64,000 nucleotides of DNA from Haliotis cracherodii (lineage: Eukaryota): the NCBI RefSeq assembly GCF_022045235.1, contig NW_027266269.1, positions 8,308,001 through 8,372,000 of the forward strand, written 5' to 3'. Both the position numbers and the translations under genes were made by a program. Positions within the stretch are counted from its first letter, which is position 1. Every line of letters begins with the position of its first letter. A model generated the notes under the pieces. That model did not search any database. It was not told the origin of the DNA and saw nothing but the letters and a program-made list of their open reading frames with translations. Of this stretch, positions 63,449 to 64,000 are shown piece after piece.

Positions 63449-64000
63449 CTCGCTGACTGGGTCGATCATTGGATTGTCTGGCCGCCGTCATATAGCTGGA
63501 ATATTGCGGCGTGCGGCATTACAACAAACAAACAAAACAAACATGCTCAAATACTACAGTTCTAAATACCATACTTCTCCATGGTATACATTCCAGGCTG
63601 TTTTATTTTAACCAAGACTAGAATACTTACAACATGCACGGTTGACCACACAAATCGTACTAACGTTACTGTCAATGCCCCCATAAACACACCTACTTAT
63701 GTGTAATGTGCTTTTAATGCCTTTATCAAACCTTTACTTGTTTGATAGCCTATATGTTCGTCACATCGTGGCAGATGGTAAACAGCTGTGTCTTTGTCAA
63801 ACATACAGTGACTAAAATAATGTAAATAAACCAAGCTGGTGTAGTACGATGACATTGCAAGTTTTCAAGATGTCATGATTAGAAAATCATATTCTGACTG
63901 TCAATTTCGTGATCTGGTAAGCAACGCTCTGATTGGTTGGATGAAAGGTCGTTCTGACGTAACCCCTAATGGGATGTCTTCAGATCTTTGTTTAGCAGTA
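63449..64000 (+). repeat. Start of tandem duplication unit 3 (cut by the window end)
   Basis: Same junction as at 44804, then matches 19033-19740. Confidence 0.9.

Overview
This is eukaryotic, AT-rich, intron- and repeat-rich animal DNA. The repeat families and gene content suggest a mollusc, possibly a gastropod (inference, not proven). There is a 197-N gap at 16660-16856. (1) 916-15341 (+): a 15-exon, phase-consistent gene model for a ~711-aa ankyrin-repeat TRP cation channel with only about 3 ankyrin repeats, not visible as such in the ORF track. (2) 19033 to the window end: a head-to-tail tandem segmental duplication (unit 1 19033-44803, unit 2 44804-63448, unit 3 from 63449). Each complete unit carries a 3-coding-exon gene for a secreted PAN/apple-like + YWTD/LY-type six-bladed beta-propeller protein (~368 aa; the unit-1 copy has a +1 frameshift), an orphan minus-strand M14A carboxypeptidase exon, and a 39-bp minisatellite at the unit junction (~70 vs ~5 copies). 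The two propeller paralogues differ at ~47 of 253 exon-3 residues, mostly in predicted top-face loops, with few silent changes, which suggests diversifying selection on a recognition protein. (3) A full-length 6.2-kb I-group (Nimb/I-like) LINE with a 14-bp TSD begins, at its very first nucleotide, with a 58-nt sequence that folds into a minimal HDV-like self-cleaving ribozyme. Its 5' region and 3' tail are shared with abundant short non-autonomous elements in the window. Also present are a Tc1 DD34E element, several decayed LINE/Penelope-like fragments, MITEs, tRNA-derived SINEs and tandem repeats. All gene models and alignments were made by eye; no database search was run.
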